A stretch of 56,793 bases of DNA. It comes from Deltaproteobacteria bacterium. GTDB taxonomy: Bacteria > Desulfobacterota > Deferrimicrobia > Deferrimicrobiales > Deferrimicrobiaceae. The stretch lies in the NCBI GenBank assembly GCA_021824125.1, contig JAKALO010000002.1, forward strand, positions 1 through 56,793, read 5' to 3'. Positions 8,293-18,808 of this stretch are shown here, piece by piece. The notes under the pieces were generated by a model. It ran no database searches and was not told where the DNA came from. It saw only the letters and a program-made list of their open reading frames with translations. Both the position numbers and the translations under genes were made by a program. How positions within the stretch are numbered: the first letter of the stretch is position 1; every line of letters starts with the position of its first letter.

Positions 8293-9360
8293 TCAAAGTG
8301 GCCGGATCTCGTAGTTTCGCGTGCCGAGCCCCGTTTCCTCTCCGTGGGCCAGCTGGATCGACCAGTCTATGGATGGGTGGGTCGCGCGGAAGGGGTCCCT
8401 GCCGGCCGCCTTGATCACGAGGTCCGCGCACGCCTGGTCTATCGCGACGGGGTCGTCCGAAGCGAGAATCCCCACGTCCGGCGCGATCGGGAGGTCGTTG
8501 TTGCCGTAGCAGTCGCAGAACGGCGAGACCTGCGTCACGAAGCTGAGGAACAGTACGGAGTCCCGCTTCCCCCGGAGGGCGCCTAGCGCGTGTTCCACCA
8601 TTTTCTTCTGGACCATCGGAGCCGCCTCGTTCCAGTCGATCTTCACGGTGTGCTCCGGGCAGACCACGATGCAGTCCGCGCACCCGATGCACGTCTTCGG
8701 GTCGATGAGCGCCGACGCGGTGACGATCGAGATGGCCCCCGAGGGGCAGTGGGCGACGCATGTGCCGCAGGCCGTGCAATTCGCGGGGTCCACGTAAGGC
8801 GAGACGGTCGAGTGCTGGGCGAGCTTCCCCGCCCTGGCGGCGCACCCCATCCCCAGGTTCTTGATGGCCCCCCCGAAACCGGAAAGTTCGTGCCCCTTGA
8901 AATGCGTGAGCACGACCATGGCGTCGGCGTTTGCGATCTCGGCCCCGATGGACACTTCGCTGAAAATCGTTCCCCCGATGGGTACCTTGACGGCGCTTTC
9001 ACCCCGCAGGCCGTCGGCTATGACGATCGGTGCGTCCGCAACCGGGAACGCGAAGCCGTTCGTGATGGCCGTCCGGAGGTGATCCACGGCGTTGCTCCTC
9101 CCCCCCAGGTAAAGGGTGTTGGTGTCGGTGAGAAAGGGCCGTCCCCCGGCCGCGACGATTTCCTCGACGGCCTTCCGGACGAATACGGGCCGGAGAAACG
9201 CGGTATTGCCCTTTTCCCCGAAGTGGAGCTTTACGGCGGTCAGGTCGCCCTGCCCGATCTTTCCGGCGAGCCCCGCGGCGCGGAGGATCTCCCCGGTCTT
9301 GTCCAGCAGGCTCTTTCCGGGCCTGGATGACAGGTCGGTGAACCAGACTGTCGACTGCAT
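8293..9360 (-). CDS. DUF362-domain protein with embedded 2x[4Fe-4S] ferredoxin module
   Basis: N-terminus MQSTVWFTDLSSRPGKSLLDK...DLTAVKLHFGEKGNTAFLRP...GGRPFLTDTNTLY is DUF362-like. Cluster motifs CTACGTCVAHCP and CIGCADCIVVCP. The second ATG (9360) has a GAGG Shine-Dalgarno; the track ORF starts at 9375. Confidence 0.75.
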   Translation of the reverse strand: MQSTVWFTDLSSRPGKSLLDKTGEILRAAGLAGKIGQGDLTAVKLHFGEKGNTAFLRPVFVRKAVEEIVAAGGRPFLTDTNTLYLGGRSNAVDHLRTAITNGFAFPVADAPIVIADGLRGESAVKVPIGGTIFSEVSIGAEIANADAMVVLTHFKGHELSGFGGAIKNLGMGCAARAGKLAQHSTVSPYVDPANCTACGTCVAHCPSGAISIVTASALIDPKTCIGCADCIVVCPEHTVKIDWNEAAPMVQKKMVEHALGALRGKRDSVLFLSFVTQVSPFCDCYGNNDLPIAPDVGILASDDPVAIDQACADLVIKAAGRDPFRATHPSIDWSIQLAHGEETGLGTRNYEIRPL

Positions 9361-9374
9361 ACCGAAACCTCGCA

Positions 9375-9403
9375 TTGACGGATGAAAGAGGTTCGATTAT
9401 AAT
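9375..9403 (+). promoter_or_regulatory. Near-consensus sigma70 promoter for carD
   Basis: TTGACG (9375-9380), exactly 17 nt spacer, TATAAT (9398-9403). Lies about 59 nt upstream of the carD ATG (9462), which has a GGAGG Shine-Dalgarno. Confidence 0.65.
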
Positions 9404-9461
9404 ACGGCATTCACAAAGGCTCCAAGAAACTTCCCTAATATTCCTCGGAGGTCTGCGCGCA

Positions 9462-9950
9462 ATGAGCTTCAAGGTGGGGGATATGGCCGTTTATCCGGCC
9501 CACGGAGTCGGAGTCATCCAGTCGATCGAAACCAGGTCGATATCCGGCGGGAAACGGGAATCCTTTTTCGTTTTGCGCATTCTCGACACGGGGATCACCA
9601 TCATGGTTCCCGTCAACAACACGGACCAGGTTGGGCTGCGACGGATCATGGACAGCCGGGCCGTTACCTCGGTCTACAAGATCCTCCGGGCGCGGGAAAT
9701 CGACGTCGAGCCCAAGCCCTGGAACCGCCGCTATCGCCAGTACATGGACAAGCTCAAGTCCGGATCCCCCTTCGAAATCGCGGAGGTGCTGCGCAACCTG
9801 CTCCTGTTGAAGGTGGATAAGGCCCTCTCCTTCGGGGAGCGGAAGATGCTGGACACGGCGCGTACCCTCCTGGTCAAGGAGATCTCTCTCGCCAAGGCCA
9901 CCTCGGAGGAAGCCGTCGAGGCGGACCTGCGCCGATTCCTGAACCTTTAG
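9462..9950 (+). CDS. carD: CarD/CdnL-family RNA-polymerase-binding transcription regulator
   Basis: MSFKVGDMAVYPAHGVGVIQSIETRSISGGKRESFFVLRI... The size from the internal ATG (162 aa) fits CdnL. Upstream codons of track ORF 9375..9950 cover the promoter. Confidence 0.85.
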   Translation: MSFKVGDMAVYPAHGVGVIQSIETRSISGGKRESFFVLRILDTGITIMVPVNNTDQVGLRRIMDSRAVTSVYKILRAREIDVEPKPWNRRYRQYMDKLKSGSPFEIAEVLRNLLLLKVDKALSFGERKMLDTARTLLVKEISLAKATSEEAVEADLRRFLNL

Positions 9951-10022
9951 CTCCGCCCGGTTCCGAAGTGCTTCCCGTCGCGTTCCATCCTGGTTATACG
10001 GGTAGGTTGCCGTAATTATGAC

Positions 10023-11231
10023 GTGGAGCGACAAGTGAACCGGGCTAAGGTCGTCGCGATCGTGGTCGCCGGTGGCGCCGGGAAACGGATGGGAGGGGAG
10101 GTTCCGAAGCAGTTCCTCCCCCTGGGAGGACGGCCGATCCTCGACCGGACGATTTCGGCGCTGGCGGCTTCCCCCGGGATCGACGGCATTCTGCTCGCAC
10201 TTCCCCCCGGAATTCCCGTGGAAATAAAAGACCTGTTCCGGGCCATGCCGAAAGTCCTGGGTGTGGTCGACGGGGGAGCCGAGCGGCAGGATACCGTCCG
10301 CAACGCCCTTGCAACAGTCCCGGAAGAAACCGAGGTGATCCTCGTCCACGACGCGGTGCGCCCCTTCGTCTCCGGGGAGCTGCTGGCGCGCTGCGTGAGC
10401 ATGGCCAGGAAGCACGGCGCCGTGGTGCCGGTGGTTCCCGTCCGGGAGACCGTCAAGGAGTGGGACCGGGACGGGAAGACCCTCTCGACCGTGGATCGTT
10501 CACGCCTTTTCCGTGCCCAGACCCCGCAGGGTTTTCTCGCAGGCGTCCTCCGGGCGGCCTATCGGAAGGCGGGGGAAGAGGGTCTGCGGGGAACCGACGA
10601 CGCCGCCCTCGTGGAGGCGGCGGGAACCCCGGTCGCGCCGATCCCGGGCGAGGAAGGCAACATCAAGATCACCATCCCGGAGGATCTCCGGATGGCGGAA
10701 GGGCTGCTCCGGGAGCAGCCGGATTTCCGGGTCGGGATCGGGGGGGACGCGCACCGGCTGCTCGAGGGCAGGGACCTGTGGCTGGGGGGAGTCCTTATAG
10801 AGAACGAGAAGGGGCTCCTGGGCCACTCCGACGGCGACGTGCTCCTGCACGCGATAGCCGACGCGATCTACGGCGCGATAGGGGACAGGGACATCGGGCA
10901 TCATTTCCCGCCCGGGGTCGAGGAAACGAAGGATCTGTCCAGCCGCAAGATCCTCGCGCACGCACGTGCGCGGATGGCGGAGTCGGGATTCGGCCTGGTG
11001 GGGCTCGACGCGGTGGTGGTCTGCGAGCACCCCAAGATCGCGCCGATCGCCGGGCGCCTCCGCTCGTCGATCGCCGGCATCCTCTGCGTCCCGGAGGCGC
11101 GTGTGAACCTTAAGGGAAAGACGACCGAGGGGATGGGGTTCGAGGGGCGCGGGGAGGGTATCTCCGCGTGGGCCGTGGCGCTGCTTCGGGGGGGCCTTCC
11201 CGCGGACCCGACCGCAAAGGGGGCCGCGTAG
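10023..11231 (+). CDS. ispDF: Bifunctional 2-C-methyl-D-erythritol 4-phosphate cytidylyltransferase / MEcPP synthase
   Basis: IspD motif AIVVAGGAGKRMGGEVPKQFLPL. IspF motifs FRVGIGGDAHRL and GHSDGDVLLHAIADA. The start may instead be GTG at 10035. Confidence 0.9.
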   Translation: MERQVNRAKVVAIVVAGGAGKRMGGEVPKQFLPLGGRPILDRTISALAASPGIDGILLALPPGIPVEIKDLFRAMPKVLGVVDGGAERQDTVRNALATVPEETEVILVHDAVRPFVSGELLARCVSMARKHGAVVPVVPVRETVKEWDRDGKTLSTVDRSRLFRAQTPQGFLAGVLRAAYRKAGEEGLRGTDDAALVEAAGTPVAPIPGEEGNIKITIPEDLRMAEGLLREQPDFRVGIGGDAHRLLEGRDLWLGGVLIENEKGLLGHSDGDVLLHAIADAIYGAIGDRDIGHHFPPGVEETKDLSSRKILAHARARMAESGFGLVGLDAVVVCEHPKIAPIAGRLRSSIAGILCVPEARVNLKGKTTEGMGFEGRGEGISAWAVALLRGGLPADPTAKGAA

Positions 11232-12704
<1,473 letters not shown>

Positions 12705-12705
12705 G

Positions 12706-14697
12706 TTGGAGAGCCGGTTCCGCCTGAAGTCGCCGTTCGAGCCGTCCGGGGACCAGCCCGAGGCGATCCGGGGCCTGGTGGCCGGCCTGTCGCAGGGGCT
12801 ACCGCGCCAGGTCCTTCTCGGCGTCACCGGGTCCGGCAAGACGTTCACCATGGCGAACGTCATCGCGGAGACGAACCGCCCGGCTCTGGTGATCGCCCCC
12901 AACAAGACGCTCGCCGCGCAGCTCTACGCCGAGTTCCGGGAGCTGTTCCCGGAGAACGCGGTCGAGTACTTCGTTTCATATTACGACTACTACCAGCCCG
13001 AAGCGTACATCCCCCGGACGGACACCTACATCGAGAAGGACTCGTCGATCAACGAGCAGATCGACAAGATGCGCCACGGCGCCACGCGGTCGGTGATGAC
13101 CCGGCGCGACGTCGTGGTTGTCGCCTCGGTCTCCTGCATCTACGGGCTTGGCTCCCCGGAGTTCTACGGCCGGATGACGGTGCGTGTGACGGAGGGGGCG
13201 TCCTTCCCGAGGAACCGTCTGCTGCGGCGGCTGGTCGACATACAGTACGAGCGCAACGACGTCGATTTCCACCGGGGAACCTTCCGGGTGCGGGGCGACG
13301 CCGTGGAGCTCTTCCCGGCCTGGGAGGAGGACCGTGTGCTGCGGATCGAGTACGAGGAGGACACGATCTCAAGGATACGCTACGCGGACCCGCTCCGGGG
13401 GACGCGGCTGCACGACGTCCGCGAGACGGTGATCTTCCCTGCGAGCCATTATGTGACGCCGCCGGATCACCTGGAGCGCGCGGTCGCGGGGATCGAAAAG
13501 GAGCTGGACGACCGGCTCGAGGCCCTTGCGGCGGAGGGAAAACCGCTCGAGGCGGAGCGTCTGAGGCAGAGGACCTCCTACGACCTGGAGATGATAAGGC
13601 AAATGGGGTTCTGCAGCGGCATCGAGAACTATTCGCGTCACCTGGACGGCCGGAAGCCCGGCGAGCCGCCCCACACCCTCGTCGACTACTTCCCGGCCGA
13701 TCACCTCACCTTCATCGACGAGTCCCACATCACGGTTCCACAGGTTTCCGGCATGTACAACGGCGACCGGTCCCGCAAGGAGACGCTCGTGGAGTTCGGG
13801 TTCCGCCTGCCCTCCGCGCTGGACAACCGCCCCTTGCGGTTCGAGGAGTTCCACGCGCGGACGGGCCAGGCGATCTTCGTATCCGCGACCCCCGCCGAGT
13901 ACGAACTCCGCGAGAGCGGAGGGGCGGTCGCCGAGCAGATCATCCGCCCGACGGGGCTCGTCGACCCCGAGGTCGAGGTCCGTCCCGCGGGCGGGCAGGT
14001 GGACGACCTGCTCGGGGAGATACGGGCGAGGGCCGCGGCGGGGGAGCGGGTCCTGGTGACGACGCTCACCAAGCGGATGGCCGAGGACCTCGCCGAGCAC
14101 TACGAGGGGCAGGGGATCCGCGTCCGGTACCTCCACTCCGACATCGACACGGTGGAGCGGGTCGACATCCTCCGGAACCTCCGGCTCGGGAAGTTCGACG
14201 TCCTTGTCGGGATCAACCTTCTCCGGGAGGGGCTGGACATCCCCGAAGTGTCGCTGGTCGCCATACTGGACGCCGACAAGGAAGGGTTTCTCCGGTCTGC
14301 GCGCTCCCTCGTTCAGACCTTCGGCCGCGCCGCGCGCAACGTGGGGGGGAGGGTGATCCTCTACGCGGACCATGTGACGGGGTCGATGCGGGCGGCCATC
14401 GCCGAGACCGGGCGCCGCCGCGAGAAACAGAAAGCGTACAACGACCTGCACGGCATCACGCCCGAGACGGTGAGGAAGAACATCGCGGACCCGATCGGAC
14501 GGGTGTGCGAGGCGGACTACGTTCCCGTGCCCGCCGGCGAGAAGTGGGAGTTCGCCTCCCACCGGGAATTGGGCAAGACGCTCAAGAAGCTGCGCAGGGA
14601 GATGGAGCGAGCGGCGAAGAAGCTGGACTTCGAGCGGGCGGCGGAGATCCGGGACCGCCTGCTCGCGATAGAGAAGCTGGAACTGGCGGCGAGGTAG
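12706..14697 (+). CDS. uvrB: Excinuclease ABC subunit B
   Basis: [15 protein letters not shown] (Walker A), DESHITVPQ, helicase motifs, and a C-terminal UVR motif ([13 protein letters not shown]). 663 aa. Confidence 0.95.
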   Translation: MESRFRLKSPFEPSGDQPEAIRGLVAGLSQGLPRQVLLGVTGSGKTFTMANVIAETNRPALVIAPNKTLAAQLYAEFRELFPENAVEYFVSYYDYYQPEAYIPRTDTYIEKDSSINEQIDKMRHGATRSVMTRRDVVVVASVSCIYGLGSPEFYGRMTVRVTEGASFPRNRLLRRLVDIQYERNDVDFHRGTFRVRGDAVELFPAWEEDRVLRIEYEEDTISRIRYADPLRGTRLHDVRETVIFPASHYVTPPDHLERAVAGIEKELDDRLEALAAEGKPLEAERLRQRTSYDLEMIRQMGFCSGIENYSRHLDGRKPGEPPHTLVDYFPADHLTFIDESHITVPQVSGMYNGDRSRKETLVEFGFRLPSALDNRPLRFEEFHARTGQAIFVSATPAEYELRESGGAVAEQIIRPTGLVDPEVEVRPAGGQVDDLLGEIRARAAAGERVLVTTLTKRMAEDLAEHYEGQGIRVRYLHSDIDTVERVDILRNLRLGKFDVLVGINLLREGLDIPEVSLVAILDADKEGFLRSARSLVQTFGRAARNVGGRVILYADHVTGSMRAAIAETGRRREKQKAYNDLHGITPETVRKNIADPIGRVCEADYVPVPAGEKWEFASHRELGKTLKKLRREMERAAKKLDFERAAEIRDRLLAIEKLELAAR

Positions 14698-14703
14698 CGC
14701 GGG

Positions 14704-16356
14704 ATGACGGCCCTCGCCGAATGGAAGACGTTCCCCCGCGCGCCCGGCGTCTACCTGATGTCGGACGACGGCGGGAAGGTGCTGTACGTCGGGAAGGCCA
14801 GGGACCTGCGCGCAAGGCTCCGCAATTACGCGACGGAGGGGGCCGACGCCCGCCCGCAGGTCCCGCAACTCGTCAGCCGCGTGTCGGACGTGCGCTGCAT
14901 CGTCACCACCACGGAGAAAGAGGCCCTTCTCCTCGAAAACACCCTCATCAAGAAGCACCGCCCGCGCTTCAACGTATTCCTCCGGGACGACAAGGAGTAC
15001 CTGCTCCTGCGGATCGACCGCAAGGAGGAGTTCCCGCGCCCCGAGCTGGTGAGGAGGGTCGCGAAGGACGGCGCTTCCTATTTCGGGCCGTACTCGTCCT
15101 CCCGGGGAATCCGGGAGACTCTTCGGCTGTTGTTCCGGCTATTCCCCCTGTGCTCCTGTTCGCGGAAGAAGTTCTCGTCGAGGACCCGGCCCTGCCTCAA
15201 TTACCAGATGGGGCGATGCGTCGGCGCGTGCGCCGGGAAGATCGGCCGGGAGGAGTACCTGCCCCTGGTGGACGACGCCGTCCGGTTCCTCAAGGGGGAC
15301 TACCGGGACATGGTGAAGGCCTGGAAGGCCGAGATGACCGGGCTCGCCTCGGTGAGGAGATTCGAGGAGGCGGCGAAAATCCGCGACCGGATCGACACCG
15401 TCGCGCGGACGCTCGTGCGACAGCGGGTGGTCCGCTCCGTACCCGGCGACGTGGACGCGGTCGGCTGGTTCCGGGAGGGACCTGCGGCGACGGCGGCGGT
15501 CCTGTACGTCAGGGCCGGGAGGCTCTCCGACGCACACAGCCGGGGCTTCCGCGCGGAAGGCGCCGCGGACGAGGCCCTCTCGTCCTTTCTGATCCAGCAC
15601 TACGCGGAAGGCGCGTACATCCCCGGGGAGATCCTTCTCCCGATGGGGATTCCGGACCCCGGCCCCCTGGAGTCCCTCCTCTCGGACAGGGCCGGCCGCC
15701 CGGTGAGGATCAGGACCCCCCGTTCCGGAGAGCGCTTCCGGCTCGTCGTCATGGCGAACACGAACGCGGCGGAGGCGGACCGCATGCGGAGGGAAAAGGA
15801 AGCCGCCTACGAGGGGGTGTCCTCCCGCCTGGCGGCCCTGTGCCGCGTCACGTCGCCGCCGGCGCGGATCGAGGGATTCGACGTTTCGAACCTCTCCGGG
15901 ACGGAGCCGGTCGGCTCCATGGTCTCCTTCGTCGGCGGGAAGCCCGCGAAGAAGTGGTACCGGAAGTTCGCAATTCGCGGGGTGGAAGGGCAGGACGACT
16001 TCGCGATGATGGAGCAGGTGGTCCGGCGGCGGTTCGGGCACGACGAGGATTTCGGTGGGGCGCCCGACCTTGTCCTCGTCGACGGGGGGAAGGGGCAGCT
16101 CTCCTCGGCGATGGCGGCGATGAAGGCGGCCGGGGTGGATTCCATCCCCGTGGTCGCCCTGGCCAAGGAGAAGGTCCGCGGAGGGGAGACGCTCTTCCGG
16201 GAAAGGATCTTCCTCCCGGGTAGAAAGAACCCGGTCGTCCTCCCGCCGAACGACCCCGTGCTTCACCTCCTCATGCGGGTCCGCGACGAGGCCCACCGGT
16301 TCGCGCTGTCGTTCCACCGCGCCCGCCGCTCGAAAGCGGCGTTCCGTAGCCCGTAA
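14704..16356 (+). CDS. uvrC: Excinuclease ABC subunit C, lacking the C-terminal (HhH)2 domain
   Basis: GIY-YIG (GVYLMSDDGGKVLYVGKARDLRARLRNY), UVR motif (FEEAAKIRDRIDTV), and 5'-endonuclease region (LVLVDGGKGQL, RDEAHRFALSFHR). The ORF stops at 550 aa and comEC starts 28 nt later. Confidence 0.85.
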   Translation: MTALAEWKTFPRAPGVYLMSDDGGKVLYVGKARDLRARLRNYATEGADARPQVPQLVSRVSDVRCIVTTTEKEALLLENTLIKKHRPRFNVFLRDDKEYLLLRIDRKEEFPRPELVRRVAKDGASYFGPYSSSRGIRETLRLLFRLFPLCSCSRKKFSSRTRPCLNYQMGRCVGACAGKIGREEYLPLVDDAVRFLKGDYRDMVKAWKAEMTGLASVRRFEEAAKIRDRIDTVARTLVRQRVVRSVPGDVDAVGWFREGPAATAAVLYVRAGRLSDAHSRGFRAEGAADEALSSFLIQHYAEGAYIPGEILLPMGIPDPGPLESLLSDRAGRPVRIRTPRSGERFRLVVMANTNAAEADRMRREKEAAYEGVSSRLAALCRVTSPPARIEGFDVSNLSGTEPVGSMVSFVGGKPAKKWYRKFAIRGVEGQDDFAMMEQVVRRRFGHDEDFGGAPDLVLVDGGKGQLSSAMAAMKAAGVDSIPVVALAKEKVRGGETLFRERIFLPGRKNPVVLPPNDPVLHLLMRVRDEAHRFALSFHRARRSKAAFRSP

Positions 16357-16383
16357 GGAACGGGGGTTGCACGGGACCGCGGC

Positions 16384-18762
16384 ATGGACTACCCGTTCCG
16401 CGGCCACGGACCGATTATCGTGCTCCTCCTGTTCTTTCTCGCGGGCGTCTTCCTCGGGCTCGCCGCGGGTCCCGCCTGGGCGGGTCTTGCCGCGGCCGCC
16501 CTCCTGGTCTCCCTGGTGCTTGCCTGTCGCGGAAGGATTCCGTTCGCCGTCGCCGCCGCGGTCGCGGTTCTTTGCGGGCTGCTCACGGCGGGGAGGGAGA
16601 CGCTTGTCGAACCGGGGCGGGTCGGCGGTTTTCTCGACAACGAGGTCGTCCTACGCGCGACCCTCCTGGAGGCGAAACCGAACGATTTCGGGTGGAGCGG
16701 AGTGGCGTCGGGCGCCGTGGTTTCCACTTTCGACGGCTTGGCAAAGGTCCGCCTGGGTCAAGTACTGCTGTCGGTACGGACGCCGGACGCCTTTGACCCT
16801 TCCCGGACCGGGGTTCGTGCCACCGGCCGCCTGCACCCGCTGACGAGCCGGGGGAACCCGGGCGAGATCCCGCGCGAATGGTGCGCAATGTCGAAAGGAG
16901 TCCAGTACGTCTTTTCGACGGACGCCTTCCGTTCGGTGTTCCTCGCACCGGAGGAGGGGGGCGGCGGTCCGGCGGGCGTTTTCCGCCGCGCCCGCGAGAG
17001 GACGTCCCGGTGGATCGAAAGACATGCCGGCCTGGGCGACGGCGCACTCTATCTCCGTTCGCTGACGACGGGCGAGGTCCCGCCTTCCTCGCACCCGATG
17101 GTCGTCCTGCTAAGGAAAACCGGGCTTGCCCACCTGCTGGCGATCTCGGGCATCAACGTGGCGATCTTTTTCGCCGTCCATTCCTTCATGGCCCGGTGCG
17201 TGCTATGGGCGATCCGCTGCCGGAGGGGGACGCCGGACCTCAACCGGGCCGCCGCCCTTCTCTCGGTCCCGGTGTGCTGGGCGTACGCCTTCATGGCCGG
17301 AGCGCCGGTGCCCGCCGTACGATCGGCAGGGATGATTTCACTGGCGGTCCTGTTCTGGAACATCCGTGGAGTCCGGAAGGCGGACCTTGCCTGGACGGCC
17401 CTCTTTTTCCTTACGATCGTCGTTTCACCTTTCCAGGTGTTTTCCCCCTCGTTCCTGCTGTCCTACCTGGCGAGCTTTTTCCTTATCGCGGCCTTCGCCG
17501 CCCGGCCCGCGAGGCCCGGGAAGATCGGGTTCGCAGGAAGGGCGTCCGGGTGGGGGAAAGACGCGCTGATCGCCTCGGCGGTCGCCTTTCTCGGCACGTT
17601 GCCCGTGAGCGGGGCATTCTTCGGGCACCTTCCCGCGGGCGCGATCCTCTGGAACCTCGTATTCGGACCGGTGCTCGGCACGGCCGGGGTCCTGGGAGCG
17701 TTTTTCGCCGCCGTGGGCGGGTCGTTCTCGCTCGACTTTCTCGGCCCCCCGGTCCGGCTTGCATCTCAAGCCCTTACGGCCGCCCTTTCGCTTCTTGCGC
17801 GATTTTCCGGCGACGGGTGGGGATATGTTCCTCTTCCTCCTTCGGGCGCCGCCGCGCCGCTGTTCTGCGCGGGGGGTGCGATCTGGGGGACGGTCGCCCT
17901 GCGGAGGCGCGGCAAGGCCCCGTGGCCCGCCGCGCTGATCGCCGCCGTCGCGTTTCTGCTGTGGGTCCACCTTCCGTACGCCGCGCTTCCCGACGATCGA
18001 CTGACCGTCGCGGCGGTCAACGTGGGGAAAGGCGCCGCCCACGTCGTCTCCTTCCCGGGGGGACGCCACATGGTGATCGATTGCGGCAGCGCGTTGCGCG
18101 GGGATGCAGGCGGAAACGTCGTGGCACCCTTTCTGAGGGGGCGCGGGATCCGCCGGGTGGACGTCCTGGTCCTCACTCACCCCCACGAGGACCATTACGG
18201 CGGGGCGGACGCTATCCTGGAGGAATTCCCGGTCGGAGAGATCTGGATCCCGGCGGGTGTGCCGCCCTCCGCGTTCGGGGAAGCGGTTTCGCGAAAGGGC
18301 TCCATCGTGCGTCCGAAATGCGGCGGGGAGGTTTTCTCCGCAGGAGGCGCCGAGGTGGTCGTGCGCGGAATCGGGGCGCCTGGCGAGACCGCGGGCGCGA
18401 ACGAGCGCAGTCTCCTCCTCGAGGCCAGGTACGGCTCCCTGTCCGTGTGGCTCCCGGGGGATGTGGAAAAAGGTCCGGCGGCCTGGGGAAGATCGGCCGG
18501 AAATGGAGGCGGTAAAAGGATTCTCTTCCTGCCGCATCACGGATCGAAGGGAGCCGATCCGTCTTCCTGGGTGCGCGCCGCAAGGCCGGCCGCAACCGTT
18601 TCCCAAAATAGAAATTGTTTCCTCGAAAAAAATCTGTTATTTTCTGCTGAATGTTTCCTCTTGGAAAACGGTATGTTCGCTGTACGGTCGGACGGGTATG
18701 CTGTATCCTGCATGCAGGAGGGGGCATTCCGGGCGTGGAAACATATATGGCGTCTTCCGTGA
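16384..18762 (+). CDS. comEC: DNA internalisation competence protein ComEC/Rec2 with metallo-beta-lactamase domain
   Basis: Polytopic membrane core (TGLAHLLAISGINVAIFF) plus the C-terminal MBL motif VDVLVLTHPHEDHYGG and LPHHGS. 792 aa. Confidence 0.85.
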   Translation: MDYPFRGHGPIIVLLLFFLAGVFLGLAAGPAWAGLAAAALLVSLVLACRGRIPFAVAAAVAVLCGLLTAGRETLVEPGRVGGFLDNEVVLRATLLEAKPNDFGWSGVASGAVVSTFDGLAKVRLGQVLLSVRTPDAFDPSRTGVRATGRLHPLTSRGNPGEIPREWCAMSKGVQYVFSTDAFRSVFLAPEEGGGGPAGVFRRARERTSRWIERHAGLGDGALYLRSLTTGEVPPSSHPMVVLLRKTGLAHLLAISGINVAIFFAVHSFMARCVLWAIRCRRGTPDLNRAAALLSVPVCWAYAFMAGAPVPAVRSAGMISLAVLFWNIRGVRKADLAWTALFFLTIVVSPFQVFSPSFLLSYLASFFLIAAFAARPARPGKIGFAGRASGWGKDALIASAVAFLGTLPVSGAFFGHLPAGAILWNLVFGPVLGTAGVLGAFFAAVGGSFSLDFLGPPVRLASQALTAALSLLARFSGDGWGYVPLPPSGAAAPLFCAGGAIWGTVALRRRGKAPWPAALIAAVAFLLWVHLPYAALPDDRLTVAAVNVGKGAAHVVSFPGGRHMVIDCGSALRGDAGGNVVAPFLRGRGIRRVDVLVLTHPHEDHYGGADAILEEFPVGEIWIPAGVPPSAFGEAVSRKGSIVRPKCGGEVFSAGGAEVVVRGIGAPGETAGANERSLLLEARYGSLSVWLPGDVEKGPAAWGRSAGNGGGKRILFLPHHGSKGADPSSWVRAARPAATVSQNRNCFLEKNLLFSAECFLLENGMFAVRSDGYAVSCMQEGAFRAWKHIWRLP

Positions 18763-18808
18763 TGCTCGGGTGCGATAATATCTCCAGGAATTCCGGCCGG
18801 TTACAGGA

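Noticed and set aside
13369-14958. A 529 aa minus-strand ORF antisense to uvrB/uvrC. Similar giants lie at 21267..23066, 33054..34913, 40128..41645, 42070..43857, 45447..47576 and 48074..49816.
   Set aside because: All have low-complexity R/P/G/H/D-rich translations. Each lies fully antisense to a strongly supported housekeeping gene (uvrB, aspS, rlmN/mtnP, glyS, ppdK, smc, ftsY/Na-Pi transporter). None has start-site or RBS support.
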